Assembly: GCA_963674965.2 (NCBI GenBank)
Contig: CAXXFL010000006.1
Span: 128,001-192,000 of the forward strand
Direction of reading: 5' to 3'
From: a bacterium
GTDB lineage: Bacteria > RBG-13-61-14 > DATKZS01
Length of the DNA stretch: 64,000 nucleotides
In this document: piece after piece, positions 1 to 10,214 of the stretch
How positions within the stretch are numbered: position 1 is the first letter of the stretch
Layout of the letters: every line of letters starts with the position of its first letter
The notes under the pieces: generated by a model
Database searches by the model: none
What the model saw: only the letters and a program-made list of their open reading frames with translations
What the model was told of the DNA's origin: nothing
Made by a program: the position numbers and the translations under genes

Positions 1-1
1 C

Positions 2-571
2 CTTTCCGAGAAAAGCCTGGCGGTTCCCGAACTCAACCGCATGGTCTTTGCCCGGAAGGGGTTCAACGTCATCGCCACCGCCAACACCCGCGACCGGGGT
101 ATCAACGACATGTCCAGCGCCCTTAAGCGCCGGTTCAATTTCGTTACCGTTCCCGTCGTTTCCGAGATCGAACTCGAGGTCAAGATCGTGACCAACCGAT
201 CGGAGGAACTGATGGCCGACTACGAGTTGTCCACATCCCTGAACAAGGACCTGGTCGAGATGCTGGTCACCGTCTTCCAGGAACTGCGGGAAGGGAAAAC
301 CAAGGACGGCAAAACCAAGGTCAAGCGGCTTTCCACCGTGCTCTCCACCGCCGAGGTAATTTCCGTCATGTTCGCTGGCAACCTGCTCGGGGCCCATTTC
401 GGGAAGGGCGAGGCCGGAGCCGGTGAACTGGCCCGGAGCGTGATCGGGGCCATTGAAAAGGAGAACCCCGACGATAAAAAGCTCTTCCATGAATACCTTG
501 AGAACGTGGTTAAGATCAGGAGAGGCCCACACTGGAAGGACTTCTATAATGAGGCCATAAAACTGGCGTGA
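2..571 (+). CDS. MoxR-type AAA+ ATPase, YehL-like (5' end outside window)
   Basis: Frame is open from position 2 (LSEKSLAVPELNRM...). NVIATANTRDRGINDMSSALKRRFNF is the sensor-1/Arg-finger region typical of YehL-type AAA_5 proteins. Lies upstream of DUF5682, VWA and SWIM genes. Confidence 0.85.
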   Translation, partial: LSEKSLAVPELNRMVFARKGFNVIATANTRDRGINDMSSALKRRFNFVTVPVVSEIELEVKIVTNRSEELMADYELSTSLNKDLVEMLVTVFQELREGKTKDGKTKVKRLSTVLSTAEVISVMFAGNLLGAHFGKGEAGAGELARSVIGAIEKENPDDKKLFHEYLENVVKIRRGPHWKDFYNEAIKLA

Positions 572-598
572 CCGCCCCCGGCCACGTACCGGACCAAG

Positions 599-2815
599 AT
601 GGATAAGTCAATTATCAAAGCCGTATCCCATTTCCCGGCGCGCCATCACTCCCCCGCCTGCAGCCTTGCCCTGGCCGCGAGAATCCAGGAGGACCCGCCC
701 GGCCTGATCTTGATCGAGGGGCCCTCTGACGCCGACGACCTGATCGAGGCGCTGGCCGACTCCGACACCATCCCGCCCGTGGCCATACTGGGCTACCATA
801 TCGGCGAGACTCCCACTAGCGTCCTTTATCCACTGGCCGCTTACTCGCCCGAGTACGTCGCCCTTTCCCTGGCGGTCAAGCTGGAAATCCCGGTCCATTT
901 TATCGATCTTCCCATCCCGGCGATACTCTCGCTAAAAGAGGAACAAGACCATATCGGCCGTCCGGCTTTTAACGAGGCGGCCGTTGCCCTGGGATACGGG
1001 TCCTTCGAGGAATTCTGGGAAGCGGGCTTTGAATGCCGGGGTTACGGCCCGGAGGAGTTCAGGACCGTGATGATGAGTTTCGGGGCCATGGTCAGAGCGC
1101 GGGAACGAGAGGTCATCGATACGCGTAACCGGCTCCGCGAGTCCTATATGGCTTACCAAATATCCAGGCGTCTCGAGGAGGGCGGAGTAGACCCGGCCAA
1201 GGCGCTGGTCGTGACGGGGGCCTTTCACGCGGCCGGCTTCATGGAGGAAGAGTTGGAGGCTTTCGAGGAAACCGTGTGGGATATCCCCTGCGACCGGACC
1301 GTGATCTCCTACAGCTATCCGCGCCTTAGCGAGCAACTGGGATACGGGGCGGGCAACCGGGCGCCCTTCTACTATCAACGCGCTTATGAATGCGGCGGCG
1401 ACTTCAAACGGGCCACCTTGCTCACCCTGATCGACCTCACCGATCACCTGAGGCAGAAAGGCTTCGAGGCCAGCCTGTCCCATACCATCGACGCCTTTAA
1501 CCTGGCCAGGACCCTGGCGGACATGCGGGAAAAGGCGGCCCCCTGCCTGGATGAGATAGCGGAATCCGTCCGCGCCTGCATGTTGAAGGGATCGGCCGAG
1601 GCCGCCGAGGCCATGCTCTGGGACGCGGTAATAGGTCGTAACGTGGGCAGGGTATCCAAGAGCATAGGCCGAGGTCCCCTGCAGGAGGAGTTCTATCAGG
1701 AACTGGGCAGGCGCCGCATACCGGTCACGGACGAGCCCGCTGAATTCACGCTTAACCTCAACGCCGATATCGAGCGCTCCACCAGCGGTTTCCTCCATCG
1801 GCTGAACCTGCTGGAGATTCCTTTCGGCGGATGCGTCACCACCGCCGAGTCCCCCGCCCAGCAGCTCAGGCGACTCCGCGAAAAATGGGAGGTCCGCTGG
1901 AGCCCCGCCACCGACGTGGCCCTGGTGGAGAAAGTCGTTTACGGAAACAACATCGCCCAGGCCTGCGAAAGACTGCTGCGGGAAAAGTTCCTCTCCATCA
2001 CCGACGTGGCCGCCGCCACCGACCTTTTACTCAAGGTCATCATCACCGGCCTGGGCGCATTCCTCGAGGAAGGCCTGTCCCTTTGCGAGTCCCAAAGCGC
2101 GGAGGATGAGGATTTTTATCGGCTGGCCCGGGCCGCCCAGAACCTGATGGCCGTGCACAGCTACGGCTCGGGGCGGGAGATCGAGGAGGACCGGCTGCGA
2201 GCGCTGCTCGATCACGTTATCAATCGGGCCGTGCTGGCCCTGCCTCAGGCCGCCCAGGTGGACGACGGCGGCATAGAAGAGGTATGCACTGGAATCAAGC
2301 TGATCCACGAGGTCGTAACCATTGACAAGGGAGAAGGGCTGAGGCTTTACCTTCGCGTGATCGAGGCCCTGATCGGCTCGGACGTGCCCCATCCCTCGGC
2401 CTGCGGTCTTTGCATGGGTCTGGCTCACGTTTCCGGGTCCATCGGCGAGCAGTTCCTGGTCACCGAGGTCAGCCGCCGCCTCTCGGCCGGAGAGGAACCG
2501 GTCCGGGCGGGACAGTTCCTGGAGGGCTTCCTGTCGGTAAACCGCCTGGCCCTGGTCAAGAACAGGCCCCTTATCAAATGGATAAACGACTTCCTGGCCG
2601 GAATCGAGCCCCGGGCGTTCATCGACCTCCTGCCTGTACTAAGGCGCGCCTTTTCGGACTTCACGCGCTCGGAAATCACCTATCTCATGGAAAACCTGTC
2701 CGCCCTCATCGGAGTCGAGGCCAGGGAGGAGGTCGTTAGCAATATCAACCAGACCGTGCTTGACGACCTCAAGGAAACCGACGAGGACCTGGACGACTTT
2801 GACGACCTCTTCTGA
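599..2815 (+). CDS. DUF5682 family protein (YehM-like)
   Basis: ARHHSPAC, LIEGP, YSPEYVA, RE.YMA, VVTGAFH and GYGAG motifs; yeh-like gene context. Confidence 0.85.
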   Translation: MDKSIIKAVSHFPARHHSPACSLALAARIQEDPPGLILIEGPSDADDLIEALADSDTIPPVAILGYHIGETPTSVLYPLAAYSPEYVALSLAVKLEIPVHFIDLPIPAILSLKEEQDHIGRPAFNEAAVALGYGSFEEFWEAGFECRGYGPEEFRTVMMSFGAMVRAREREVIDTRNRLRESYMAYQISRRLEEGGVDPAKALVVTGAFHAAGFMEEELEAFEETVWDIPCDRTVISYSYPRLSEQLGYGAGNRAPFYYQRAYECGGDFKRATLLTLIDLTDHLRQKGFEASLSHTIDAFNLARTLADMREKAAPCLDEIAESVRACMLKGSAEAAEAMLWDAVIGRNVGRVSKSIGRGPLQEEFYQELGRRRIPVTDEPAEFTLNLNADIERSTSGFLHRLNLLEIPFGGCVTTAESPAQQLRRLREKWEVRWSPATDVALVEKVVYGNNIAQACERLLREKFLSITDVAAATDLLLKVIITGLGAFLEEGLSLCESQSAEDEDFYRLARAAQNLMAVHSYGSGREIEEDRLRALLDHVINRAVLALPQAAQVDDGGIEEVCTGIKLIHEVVTIDKGEGLRLYLRVIEALIGSDVPHPSACGLCMGLAHVSGSIGEQFLVTEVSRRLSAGEEPVRAGQFLEGFLSVNRLALVKNRPLIKWINDFLAGIEPRAFIDLLPVLRRAFSDFTRSEITYLMENLSALIGVEAREEVVSNINQTVLDDLKETDEDLDDFDDLF

Positions 2816-2836
2816 GGCGGCGTAAAGGGAATAATC

Positions 2837-4522
2837 ATGAACGACGAGACGAGACTTCCCACGATAGACGACGTTGAAAAGGTTGATGATAAAACCATGA
2901 TCGAGCGCATGGAGGATTTCTGGGGCAACGCCTCCCTTACCCCGGCCATCGTGGCAAAGCTCAAGGGCCGGCCCAAGGAGGCGCTGAAAATGGTCCGGCT
3001 TGGCAAGGAGCTTGAACACAGGATAACGCACTACACGGCTATCGAGGTCTGCGCCGCCATCGGAAGCAAAGAGGCCTATAAAGTAATGCAAGAGCTCCCA
3101 GTCGGAAGCCCGTACGAATACTTCTTCAACGTGATCGATCTGGTGAGAAAATCGGGCAAAACAATTGGCGCGGCCATCAATGAGGCAATCCCCAAAGGAA
3201 ATAGAAGAATCAACGGATGGGGTTGGATTGCGTGGCATTACTTAAAGAAGGAGGCCGAGGTTTTCAGACCCAATAAAATGGAGAACTACCAGGCCTGCAT
3301 CAAAGCTTTCCTTTCCACCGCGCAAAATCATATTAAAGACTTAAACGCGTCAAAAAACGAACGGCGAAATGGAGCGGCGGAATATATGGCGACAACCGGC
3401 TGCCCCGGTTTTATTCCATTACTTCAAGAAACTCTCGCGCGTGAAAAGTCGAAAAAAACCAAAGTGTGCATTGTTCAAGCCCAGGCGTATTGCGGGGACA
3501 CTTCGATTATAGAACGGGCGTTATCAATCGCAATGAAGCCAAAAGCCGACAACGAGTCGCGACGAGCCTATTGCCGTGTCCTCACCCAGATAGGCGACGT
3601 GAGGGCCAAAGCCCCAATCCAGAGTTTAATAAAAGATGGGCTGAGCACCCAACCCCAGTGGTACGGGAAAACGATTTTTCCTTATATGCTCCAACTTGGC
3701 CTGGACCCGAAAGTGGCAAAAAGCGCGGCCTATAACTCCGCGATTTCATTTAATGAACATTTCTTTCCGCCCGAATATATCTATATGAAGGTGGATGACT
3801 TTTTATCCAACCCATTATCGGGTTATCAGCTTGCGGGAATACTTCCCGTGCTTTTATGGCATTTCCAGGATAAACCCAATGAAAAAAGGATGACTATCAA
3901 ACACGCGATAAGGCATATAAGAACCTACGACCCGGACGCGCAAAAAGACGTCATCAAGTCGTTAATAAGTGCCCGATATTGCATGTCCTTGATAACCGAA
4001 TGCTGGGATGACCTGGCCGACGAGGCCCGCGTGGAAACGGTCAGGCTGATTAGAAATGAAGCTAAATATGCCGATAAGTTTATTTTTTATTGGCCGGAGC
4101 CCATACTCCAGTTCATGCCCGAGGGCGCTGAAATCATCAAGTTGCTCCTTGCATGGAAAAATGATAAGGCGCTTGCGTCTCTTTTTAAGGCGATTGCCGC
4201 GGCCCCCGCGTATTTCTTTGCGCTTGACGATAAACCCATTATCGAGGCCTGTCATGAAGCGTTGGGCAATAAGTCCCAGCCGTTGAAGCTCGCGGCCCTC
4301 TCGGCGCTCTCGGAGCTTGGCTCTAAAGGGTCCATTAAAGTAATCAAAGAAATGGACGACGAAAGACCCAAGGTAAAAGAGGCCGCTAGTAAGGCGTTAG
4401 CCGACATTCCCGGAAATCAAGAACGGCGGGCAAAGCAAAAAAAAGAAATACATAAAGTCAAAACGCGAGTTATCAGGCAAAATTTAATTGAATCGACAAG
4501 GAGCTTGTTATGGAGGCGATAG
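2837..4522 (+). CDS. HEAT/ARM-repeat protein, N-terminally shorter paralog of the next gene
   Basis: Helical repeats (LKLAALSALSELGS, VKEAASKALA). Shares WGNASLTP, YTAIEVC, EAEVFRP, GDVR and ECWDDL with 4510..6531. Confidence 0.75.
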   Translation: MNDETRLPTIDDVEKVDDKTMIERMEDFWGNASLTPAIVAKLKGRPKEALKMVRLGKELEHRITHYTAIEVCAAIGSKEAYKVMQELPVGSPYEYFFNVIDLVRKSGKTIGAAINEAIPKGNRRINGWGWIAWHYLKKEAEVFRPNKMENYQACIKAFLSTAQNHIKDLNASKNERRNGAAEYMATTGCPGFIPLLQETLAREKSKKTKVCIVQAQAYCGDTSIIERALSIAMKPKADNESRRAYCRVLTQIGDVRAKAPIQSLIKDGLSTQPQWYGKTIFPYMLQLGLDPKVAKSAAYNSAISFNEHFFPPEYIYMKVDDFLSNPLSGYQLAGILPVLLWHFQDKPNEKRMTIKHAIRHIRTYDPDAQKDVIKSLISARYCMSLITECWDDLADEARVETVRLIRNEAKYADKFIFYWPEPILQFMPEGAEIIKLLLAWKNDKALASLFKAIAAAPAYFFALDDKPIIEACHEALGNKSQPLKLAALSALSELGSKGSIKVIKEMDDERPKVKEAASKALADIPGNQERRAKQKKEIHKVKTRVIRQNLIESTRSLLWRR

Positions 4523-6531
4523 AACGGATAATCCACATCCGCTCGGACCTGTCCGATTTTTTAAGCGGCGGTCTTGGCAACCTGGACCGCGCCCGCGTCG
4601 AGGAGATAGCCGGCGCCCTTTCAGACCTGAACCTGAAAAAACCCGCCAGGATGGTGTCGGACCTTTTGGAGACGACCGACCCGTCCTCCCGGTTCGAGGG
4701 CTTCGTAAAGGTCATCCAGACCCTTCGCCAGGTGGAACTGCGCTCGCTCAAGCCGGCCAGGGATGAGGCGCCCGACCTCGTTCCCCATCCCATGTACGGC
4801 GGCTTGTATATCGATCGCTCCCGCCTGCCGGACAAGTTTAGTGACGTTTCCGAGGTCATGTCCCTTCCCGACCGGTTCGTTAGGGACTACGCCCTCTTCA
4901 AGTACATGGAGGACGTGGATGACCAAACCATGGCCGAGCAAATGGAATACGTCTGGGGCAACGCGTCGCTGACTCCCATCGTGGCGTCCAAGCTCAGGGA
5001 CCGGCCCGAGGCCGCGCTGAAGCTTGTAAGTCGCGCCCTGACCATCCATCAAAAGATCGTTTATTACACGGCCATCGAGGTATGCTCGGCCTTGGGGGGA
5101 GAAGCGGCCTACAAGGCCATGAAGGAGCTTCCGGCCGAGATGCCGGAGGATTACTTTGAAGAAGTGGACTATGATGCGGTCGCCAGGGAGCACGAGATAA
5201 GCGTCGAGCAGGTCATGATGATTTGCGACGCCGAGCGCCGGATAGACGCCTCGGGCTGGGAATGGCTCGGGTACCATTTTCTGAGGAGGGAGGCCGAGGT
5301 TTTTCGCCCGGACCTCCTTGGTGAATACGAAAAGAAAATCAAGGTGACCCTCGCCGCCAATGAATCGCATATTAACGACCTGATGGCCTCGTCGTCGAAA
5401 AAGCGTTTCCAAGCGGCGGAATACCTCCGCGCCGCCGGCTATCCTGGATTTATCTCCCCCCTGCGGGCCGCCCTGGCCCGCGAAACCGATATAAAGGTGG
5501 AGCGTGAACTGATCATAGCCCTTGGGTCAAGCGGGGACTTCGCCATTATTGAGCAGGCCCTGGCGGCGGCTGACCCGGATGATGAAAAACATTACCTGCG
5601 CGGAGCCTACGCGGAGGCCCTGGCCAAGCTGGGCGACGTTAGAGGCAAAGGATTTATTCTCGATTCATTCAAGGAGGGCCTGTTCCACGAAATCGAGCAA
5701 TATGGATTGTCCATTCTGCCCGACTTCATCCGCGCGTGCGTGGATCCCGAGGTGGTCAAGAAAACCGCCACCCTTGGCGTCCTGGGGCGCAGGGGGGTTA
5801 TCCCCCCCAAGCTGGTTTACAAGGCGGTGGATGAGATCATGACTGAGCCTGTCCCGGCGGAACGCCTCGAGGGCATGCTGTATCTGTTTTCTCAATACTT
5901 CCGGAAGGGCCCGCCCCAGGAAGGTCTCGCGATGATTTTGGGTCACGCCTCAAGCCACGCGCGGGCCTATGAACCCGGGGACCAGGTCAGAGTGGTCAAG
6001 TCCCTTATAAAGTCCAGACCGATGACGCCGCTTGTCGTGGAGTGCTGGGATGACCTTTGCGAGGAGGCCCGCTTGGAATCCATCAAGCTCCTCAAAGCCG
6101 GCGCCAAGGACTTCCTCAAGCTTCAGGAAGGCTCGGCGAAGGACATAGAGGCGATCACTCCCGGCGCGGAGCGAATAGTCGCGCTCTTGTGCGCCTGGAG
6201 AAACGACAAGGCAGCCGCGGCCTTGATGAAGGCGGCCGCCTCCACGCCTTCTTATTTTATCGTCATGGGAGACCAGGCCCTGATCGAGCTTTGTATTGAC
6301 GCCCTTAACTCCGGCGGGCAGGCCCAGGTGATCGCGTCCCTCGGGGCCCTGGCCGAGCTGGCCGCCGAGGAGGCGAAACCCGTAATCGAGGCCCTGGACG
6401 TCTCGAAACCCAAGGTCAAATACGCGGTGGAAAAGGCCAAGATAGGCTACGCCTTGAACGAGGAAAGGCGAAAGAAACTTATACCGGAACCGAAGAAAGG
6501 CCTCATGAACTGGTTAAAGGATAAATTATGA
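4510..6531 (+). CDS. HEAT/ARM-repeat protein
   Basis: AAGGAG RBS; HEAT-like repeats (AAEYLRAAG, LIIALGSSGD, AEALAKLGD); ATGA overlap with the VWA gene. Confidence 0.8.
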   Translation: MEAIERIIHIRSDLSDFLSGGLGNLDRARVEEIAGALSDLNLKKPARMVSDLLETTDPSSRFEGFVKVIQTLRQVELRSLKPARDEAPDLVPHPMYGGLYIDRSRLPDKFSDVSEVMSLPDRFVRDYALFKYMEDVDDQTMAEQMEYVWGNASLTPIVASKLRDRPEAALKLVSRALTIHQKIVYYTAIEVCSALGGEAAYKAMKELPAEMPEDYFEEVDYDAVAREHEISVEQVMMICDAERRIDASGWEWLGYHFLRREAEVFRPDLLGEYEKKIKVTLAANESHINDLMASSSKKRFQAAEYLRAAGYPGFISPLRAALARETDIKVERELIIALGSSGDFAIIEQALAAADPDDEKHYLRGAYAEALAKLGDVRGKGFILDSFKEGLFHEIEQYGLSILPDFIRACVDPEVVKKTATLGVLGRRGVIPPKLVYKAVDEIMTEPVPAERLEGMLYLFSQYFRKGPPQEGLAMILGHASSHARAYEPGDQVRVVKSLIKSRPMTPLVVECWDDLCEEARLESIKLLKAGAKDFLKLQEGSAKDIEAITPGAERIVALLCAWRNDKAAAALMKAAASTPSYFIVMGDQALIELCIDALNSGGQAQVIASLGALAELAAEEAKPVIEALDVSKPKVKYAVEKAKIGYALNEERRKKLIPEPKKGLMNWLKDKL

Positions 6532-7724
6532 GCAAACCGTCGGAGTTCACGCGGGAGCAAAAGGACGCGCTGCTCCGGTGGCGTCTGGTCCTGGGCAAAA
6601 AAGCTCAGGAGACCGATGAAGGCCTTGCCCTTGGCGGCCTGGGCTCGGCCTGGGACGGCTTGCCCGGACTTCCGGGCCTGTCCGGCGTTGACGATTGCCT
6701 GGAGTTCGTTTACGGCGGTGGAGAAAGGAGCGCGGGCCTGGGAAGCGGCTCGCCCTATATCCCCAAGTGGCTCGGAGACCTTCGCGAGTATTTCAGCTCC
6801 GACACGGTGGCCCTGGTCCAAAAGGACGCCATCGAGAAACGGGGACTGACCAGACTCCTTTTCGAGCCCGAGACCATGGTCATGCTGGAGAAGAACGTGG
6901 AGCTCGTCTCCACCCTGGTGGCCATGAAAAACCTCGTGCCCGACGGGGCCAAACAGGCGGCGCGCGACATTATCAAGGAAGTCGTCGAGGACATTAAGAA
7001 GCGCCTGGAAAACGACGCGCGTCAGGCGGTGGTGGGAGCGCTCAGAAGGAACCGCCATTCGCCCCTGGCCGTGGCCAGGAACATCGACTGGAAGCGGACC
7101 ATCAGCCGGAACCTAAAGAACTACGACAAGGAGCGCAAGGTCATCGTGCCCGACCGTTTCTTCTTTTGGGCCAACGAACTGAAAAAACGCGAGTGGAGCG
7201 TGATTATCCTGGTGGACCAGAGCGGCTCCATGGGTCCCTCCGTGGTGTACTCGTCGATCATGGCCGCCATATTCGCGAGCCTGGGCGTTCTTAAAACCCA
7301 TCTGGTCTTTTTCGACACCGAGATAGCGGACGTAAGCGACATGTTACACGACCCGGTTGACGTCATCTTCGGCGCGCAGCTTGGAGGCGGCACGGACATT
7401 GCCCGGGCCGTGGCCTATGGCATGGACAAAATCGAGAGGCCCGACCGGACCATCTTCGTGGTAATCACCGACCTCTACGAGGGTGGAGACCAGGAGACGC
7501 TGTTGAATCATTTCGAGCGCCTGGCCGAGAGCAAGGTCACCTGCCTTTGTCTCCTGGCCCTGAATGAAGGAGGGACGCCGGGCTTTAATCACGATTTGGC
7601 CAAGCGGACCAGGGCCAGGGGCGTTCATACGTTTGGGTGCACGCCGAAAAAACTCACGGACGTCATGGAAAGGATTCTGTCCGGGAAGCCCTTCGACGAC
7701 CTGGCCAGGGAGGATATAAAATGA
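6528..7724 (+). CDS. VWA domain protein (CoxE/YehP-like)
   Basis: RWRLVLG N-terminus, IDWKRTI, MIDAS DQSGSM, GGGTDI, ITDLYEGG. Confidence 0.9.
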   Translation: MSKPSEFTREQKDALLRWRLVLGKKAQETDEGLALGGLGSAWDGLPGLPGLSGVDDCLEFVYGGGERSAGLGSGSPYIPKWLGDLREYFSSDTVALVQKDAIEKRGLTRLLFEPETMVMLEKNVELVSTLVAMKNLVPDGAKQAARDIIKEVVEDIKKRLENDARQAVVGALRRNRHSPLAVARNIDWKRTISRNLKNYDKERKVIVPDRFFFWANELKKREWSVIILVDQSGSMGPSVVYSSIMAAIFASLGVLKTHLVFFDTEIADVSDMLHDPVDVIFGAQLGGGTDIARAVAYGMDKIERPDRTIFVVITDLYEGGDQETLLNHFERLAESKVTCLCLLALNEGGTPGFNHDLAKRTRARGVHTFGCTPKKLTDVMERILSGKPFDDLAREDIK

Positions 7725-9070
7725 GCGGGGAATCCAAGCCCAAAAAGCTGACCATGGATGAGATCGGGAAAATCACCGATCCGGATTATCTGCGCCGGGG
7801 CCTCGAGTATCATGACGGCAAAATGGTGCTCAACCCCGCCAGGCACGGGAACAAGCTCTACGCCGAGGTCAAGGGCGGCGGGAAGAGCAACTACAAGGTA
7901 ACCATCACCTTCGAGGAAAAAATAAGCGCCAAGTGTACGTGTATCTCCGCCCGCCGGACCGCCTACTGCAAGCACGCCATCGCGGTGATGGTGGGATGGA
8001 GCAAAACCCCCGAGGCCTTCGTGGAATCCGAGGCCCCGCCTTTCACCGAGGCGGCCGCGGGCGGAAAAAAGAAGAAGGCGAGCGTGAAAAAGGGCAAGAC
8101 CGAGACCAGGGAAATCCAGGAGAAGGGAATCGTCGCCATCGAGAACCTCTTGACGGACGCGGCCATGGCAGGCCTTTCCGCCATCACCAGGGAGCGCGTC
8201 GAGCTGGTCCGCGAGCTTGCCGAGGAAACCAGGAACTACAAGCTGGTCCGATTATCCGCCGCGCTCCTGAAATTCGCGGACGGGCTTTCCGGGGCGTCCG
8301 GCGGGTCGGACTTTTCATTGTCCCGCTACGCCGAGGACATGACCGATATCCTTTTCACGGCCAAGGCTATTCGCAAATACTGGAAGGAAGGCGCGGAGGA
8401 CGAGAGGGTCCTGGAGGACCTGATCGGAAAGACCTGGCAAAAGAAAAGCCTTCCAATTAAAAAGGGCCTGAAAATGATCGAGGTCGAGTACAAAAGCTAT
8501 GAAACCCCCGATAACTTCCGCATAGATCAAAGCGTCTTCTTCTGCCTTGGCGACGGCTCCTTCTATTCCGAGAAACAGATACTGCCTCCCCATCTGAAAA
8601 ATCGCGAGGCCCCCAAGCAAAGCTACGCCGGAAAGGTGATACGCGCGGGAGCGGCTTACTTTTATCCGGGGTATCCTCCCGCCCGGATAAGGATCGAGGA
8701 GGTGGAGGAAAACCCGGTGGACGACGAAACCATGGCGACCCTGGAGGGAATGGCCGAGAAAGACTGGGACAAGCTGATAGATGATTACATGGAAGGAAGA
8801 CGGGACGTCTTCGCTCCCCTCTTCAGGCCGGCGCTGCTTCGCCCCGCCAGGGTCATATGCAAAGAATCGGGGCTCGCGCTGAGCGATTCAAATGGGACTC
8901 TCCTTCCCATGCCGCTCTCCTCCGAGCGCTCGGCCGGCCTGTGCCGGGAACTTAGCGGTGGAGAACTTATAACGCTGTTCGGGAATATCGTCGTCGGCGA
9001 CCTCGGACTTGAATTCGAACTTATGTCAGCCGCGATCGAAAGTTACTCCGGCCCAAGGATTGCGTATTAA
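7721..9070 (+). CDS. SWIM zinc-finger protein (YehQ-like)
   Basis: CTC...CKH SWIM motif. ATG at 7721 overlaps the VWA stop (ATGA), so it is preferred over the upstream start. Confidence 0.85.
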   Translation: MSGESKPKKLTMDEIGKITDPDYLRRGLEYHDGKMVLNPARHGNKLYAEVKGGGKSNYKVTITFEEKISAKCTCISARRTAYCKHAIAVMVGWSKTPEAFVESEAPPFTEAAAGGKKKKASVKKGKTETREIQEKGIVAIENLLTDAAMAGLSAITRERVELVRELAEETRNYKLVRLSAALLKFADGLSGASGGSDFSLSRYAEDMTDILFTAKAIRKYWKEGAEDERVLEDLIGKTWQKKSLPIKKGLKMIEVEYKSYETPDNFRIDQSVFFCLGDGSFYSEKQILPPHLKNREAPKQSYAGKVIRAGAAYFYPGYPPARIRIEEVEENPVDDETMATLEGMAEKDWDKLIDDYMEGRRDVFAPLFRPALLRPARVICKESGLALSDSNGTLLPMPLSSERSAGLCRELSGGELITLFGNIVVGDLGLEFELMSAAIESYSGPRIAY

Positions 9071-9145
9071 TATCGACAAGGCGCGCGCGTTTGCCGTCAA
9101 CGGGGATCAGGCACGCTATGAAAGAAAAGATTGAGGAGGAATGAG

Positions 9146-9610
9146 ATGGGTATAGATTATCGTATCTACTCGGCGTCTGAAGCGGAGTTGGAGAAAGTGG
9201 TCAAAGGAGAACAAGACATTTATGAATGGTTTCATGAATGGAGAAACCGCCGTGACAAGGAGGATGAGATCGACCTGGACAAGGACGGATGCATAGCTTA
9301 TGAAGTGGTGCGTAACGTTGCCGAGCTTTTCAATATCAAGGCGCTCGACGGTTTTCCCCATAAGGGCTCAATACCGTTGGAAGAATACAACGCGTTGAGA
9401 CCTGAAAAGGTCCGGGAACTGGCCGCTTGTCTCGCCGGGCTCGGCCGGAAGGAATTCGATAGAGGTTTTGCCGCGGCCGATAAGCGTGATGACGATTATT
9501 ATTTCACCGAGGAAGGAAGTGAGGACTTCTATAGATGTTTTTATCGGCCCATGATAGATTTTTACCTGAGGGCCGCCGAGCGGGGCAAAGCCATATTGAT
9601 GTTTCCCTGA
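9146..9610 (+). CDS. YfbM/DUF1877-like protein, copy 1
   Basis: MG-start, DLDK, PEKVRELA and C-terminal FY.RAAERGKAIL pattern; GAGGAGG RBS. Confidence 0.7.
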   Translation: MGIDYRIYSASEAELEKVVKGEQDIYEWFHEWRNRRDKEDEIDLDKDGCIAYEVVRNVAELFNIKALDGFPHKGSIPLEEYNALRPEKVRELAACLAGLGRKEFDRGFAAADKRDDDYYFTEEGSEDFYRCFYRPMIDFYLRAAERGKAILMFP

Positions 9611-9655
9611 AACACGGCGAGGTAGCCATGAATGAGCGAGTCAGTGAGAAAATAA

Positions 9656-10135
9656 ATGGGTATTGATTATGAATTGTATATCATTTCCATGGAAGAATTC
9701 GATAAGATTATGGCCGATCCGGATGATTGGAAGGTATATGGTGAGATTTACCGGGAAAAATGGAGCACGGAATCGCATCTCGACATGGTAAGAGTTATGG
9801 CCCGGACCATGTTCGACGTAATGAACAACTTAAGCGAGTTGTATGGCCTCGATGCCTTAAAGGATTTCCCCCATTTCAAGGAACGAGTCCTTTTGGATAA
9901 GGAAAGCTGCAATTCTTTCTATAAGCCGGACAAGGTCCAGGCGGTGGCGGAAGACCTGAAGCGGGTCACAAGGAACCAGTTCGACAAGGCCTACGCGGAC
10001 GCCGATAAATTCTTTGACGATGACTACACCGAGCAAGGGCGGGAACGTTTCTTTAAATTGTTTTTTTCCGAAGCGGTCCAGTTATTCAAAAGGGCCGCGG
10101 AAAAGGAAGCGGGCGTTATATATTTCCGCGGCTGA
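9656..10135 (+). CDS. YfbM/DUF1877-like protein, copy 2
   Basis: MGIDYELY, PDKVQAVA, LFKRAAEKEAGVI; close paralog of 10595..11074. Confidence 0.7.
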   Translation: MGIDYELYIISMEEFDKIMADPDDWKVYGEIYREKWSTESHLDMVRVMARTMFDVMNNLSELYGLDALKDFPHFKERVLLDKESCNSFYKPDKVQAVAEDLKRVTRNQFDKAYADADKFFDDDYTEQGRERFFKLFFSEAVQLFKRAAEKEAGVIYFRG

Positions 10136-10214
10136 CGATTCTCCCGTTCGGCGTCCGAGTTTCACTCCGGCTTTAAATAGCCTTTTATCAGCCGCCCGAT
10201 CGTCACGAGCCGTT

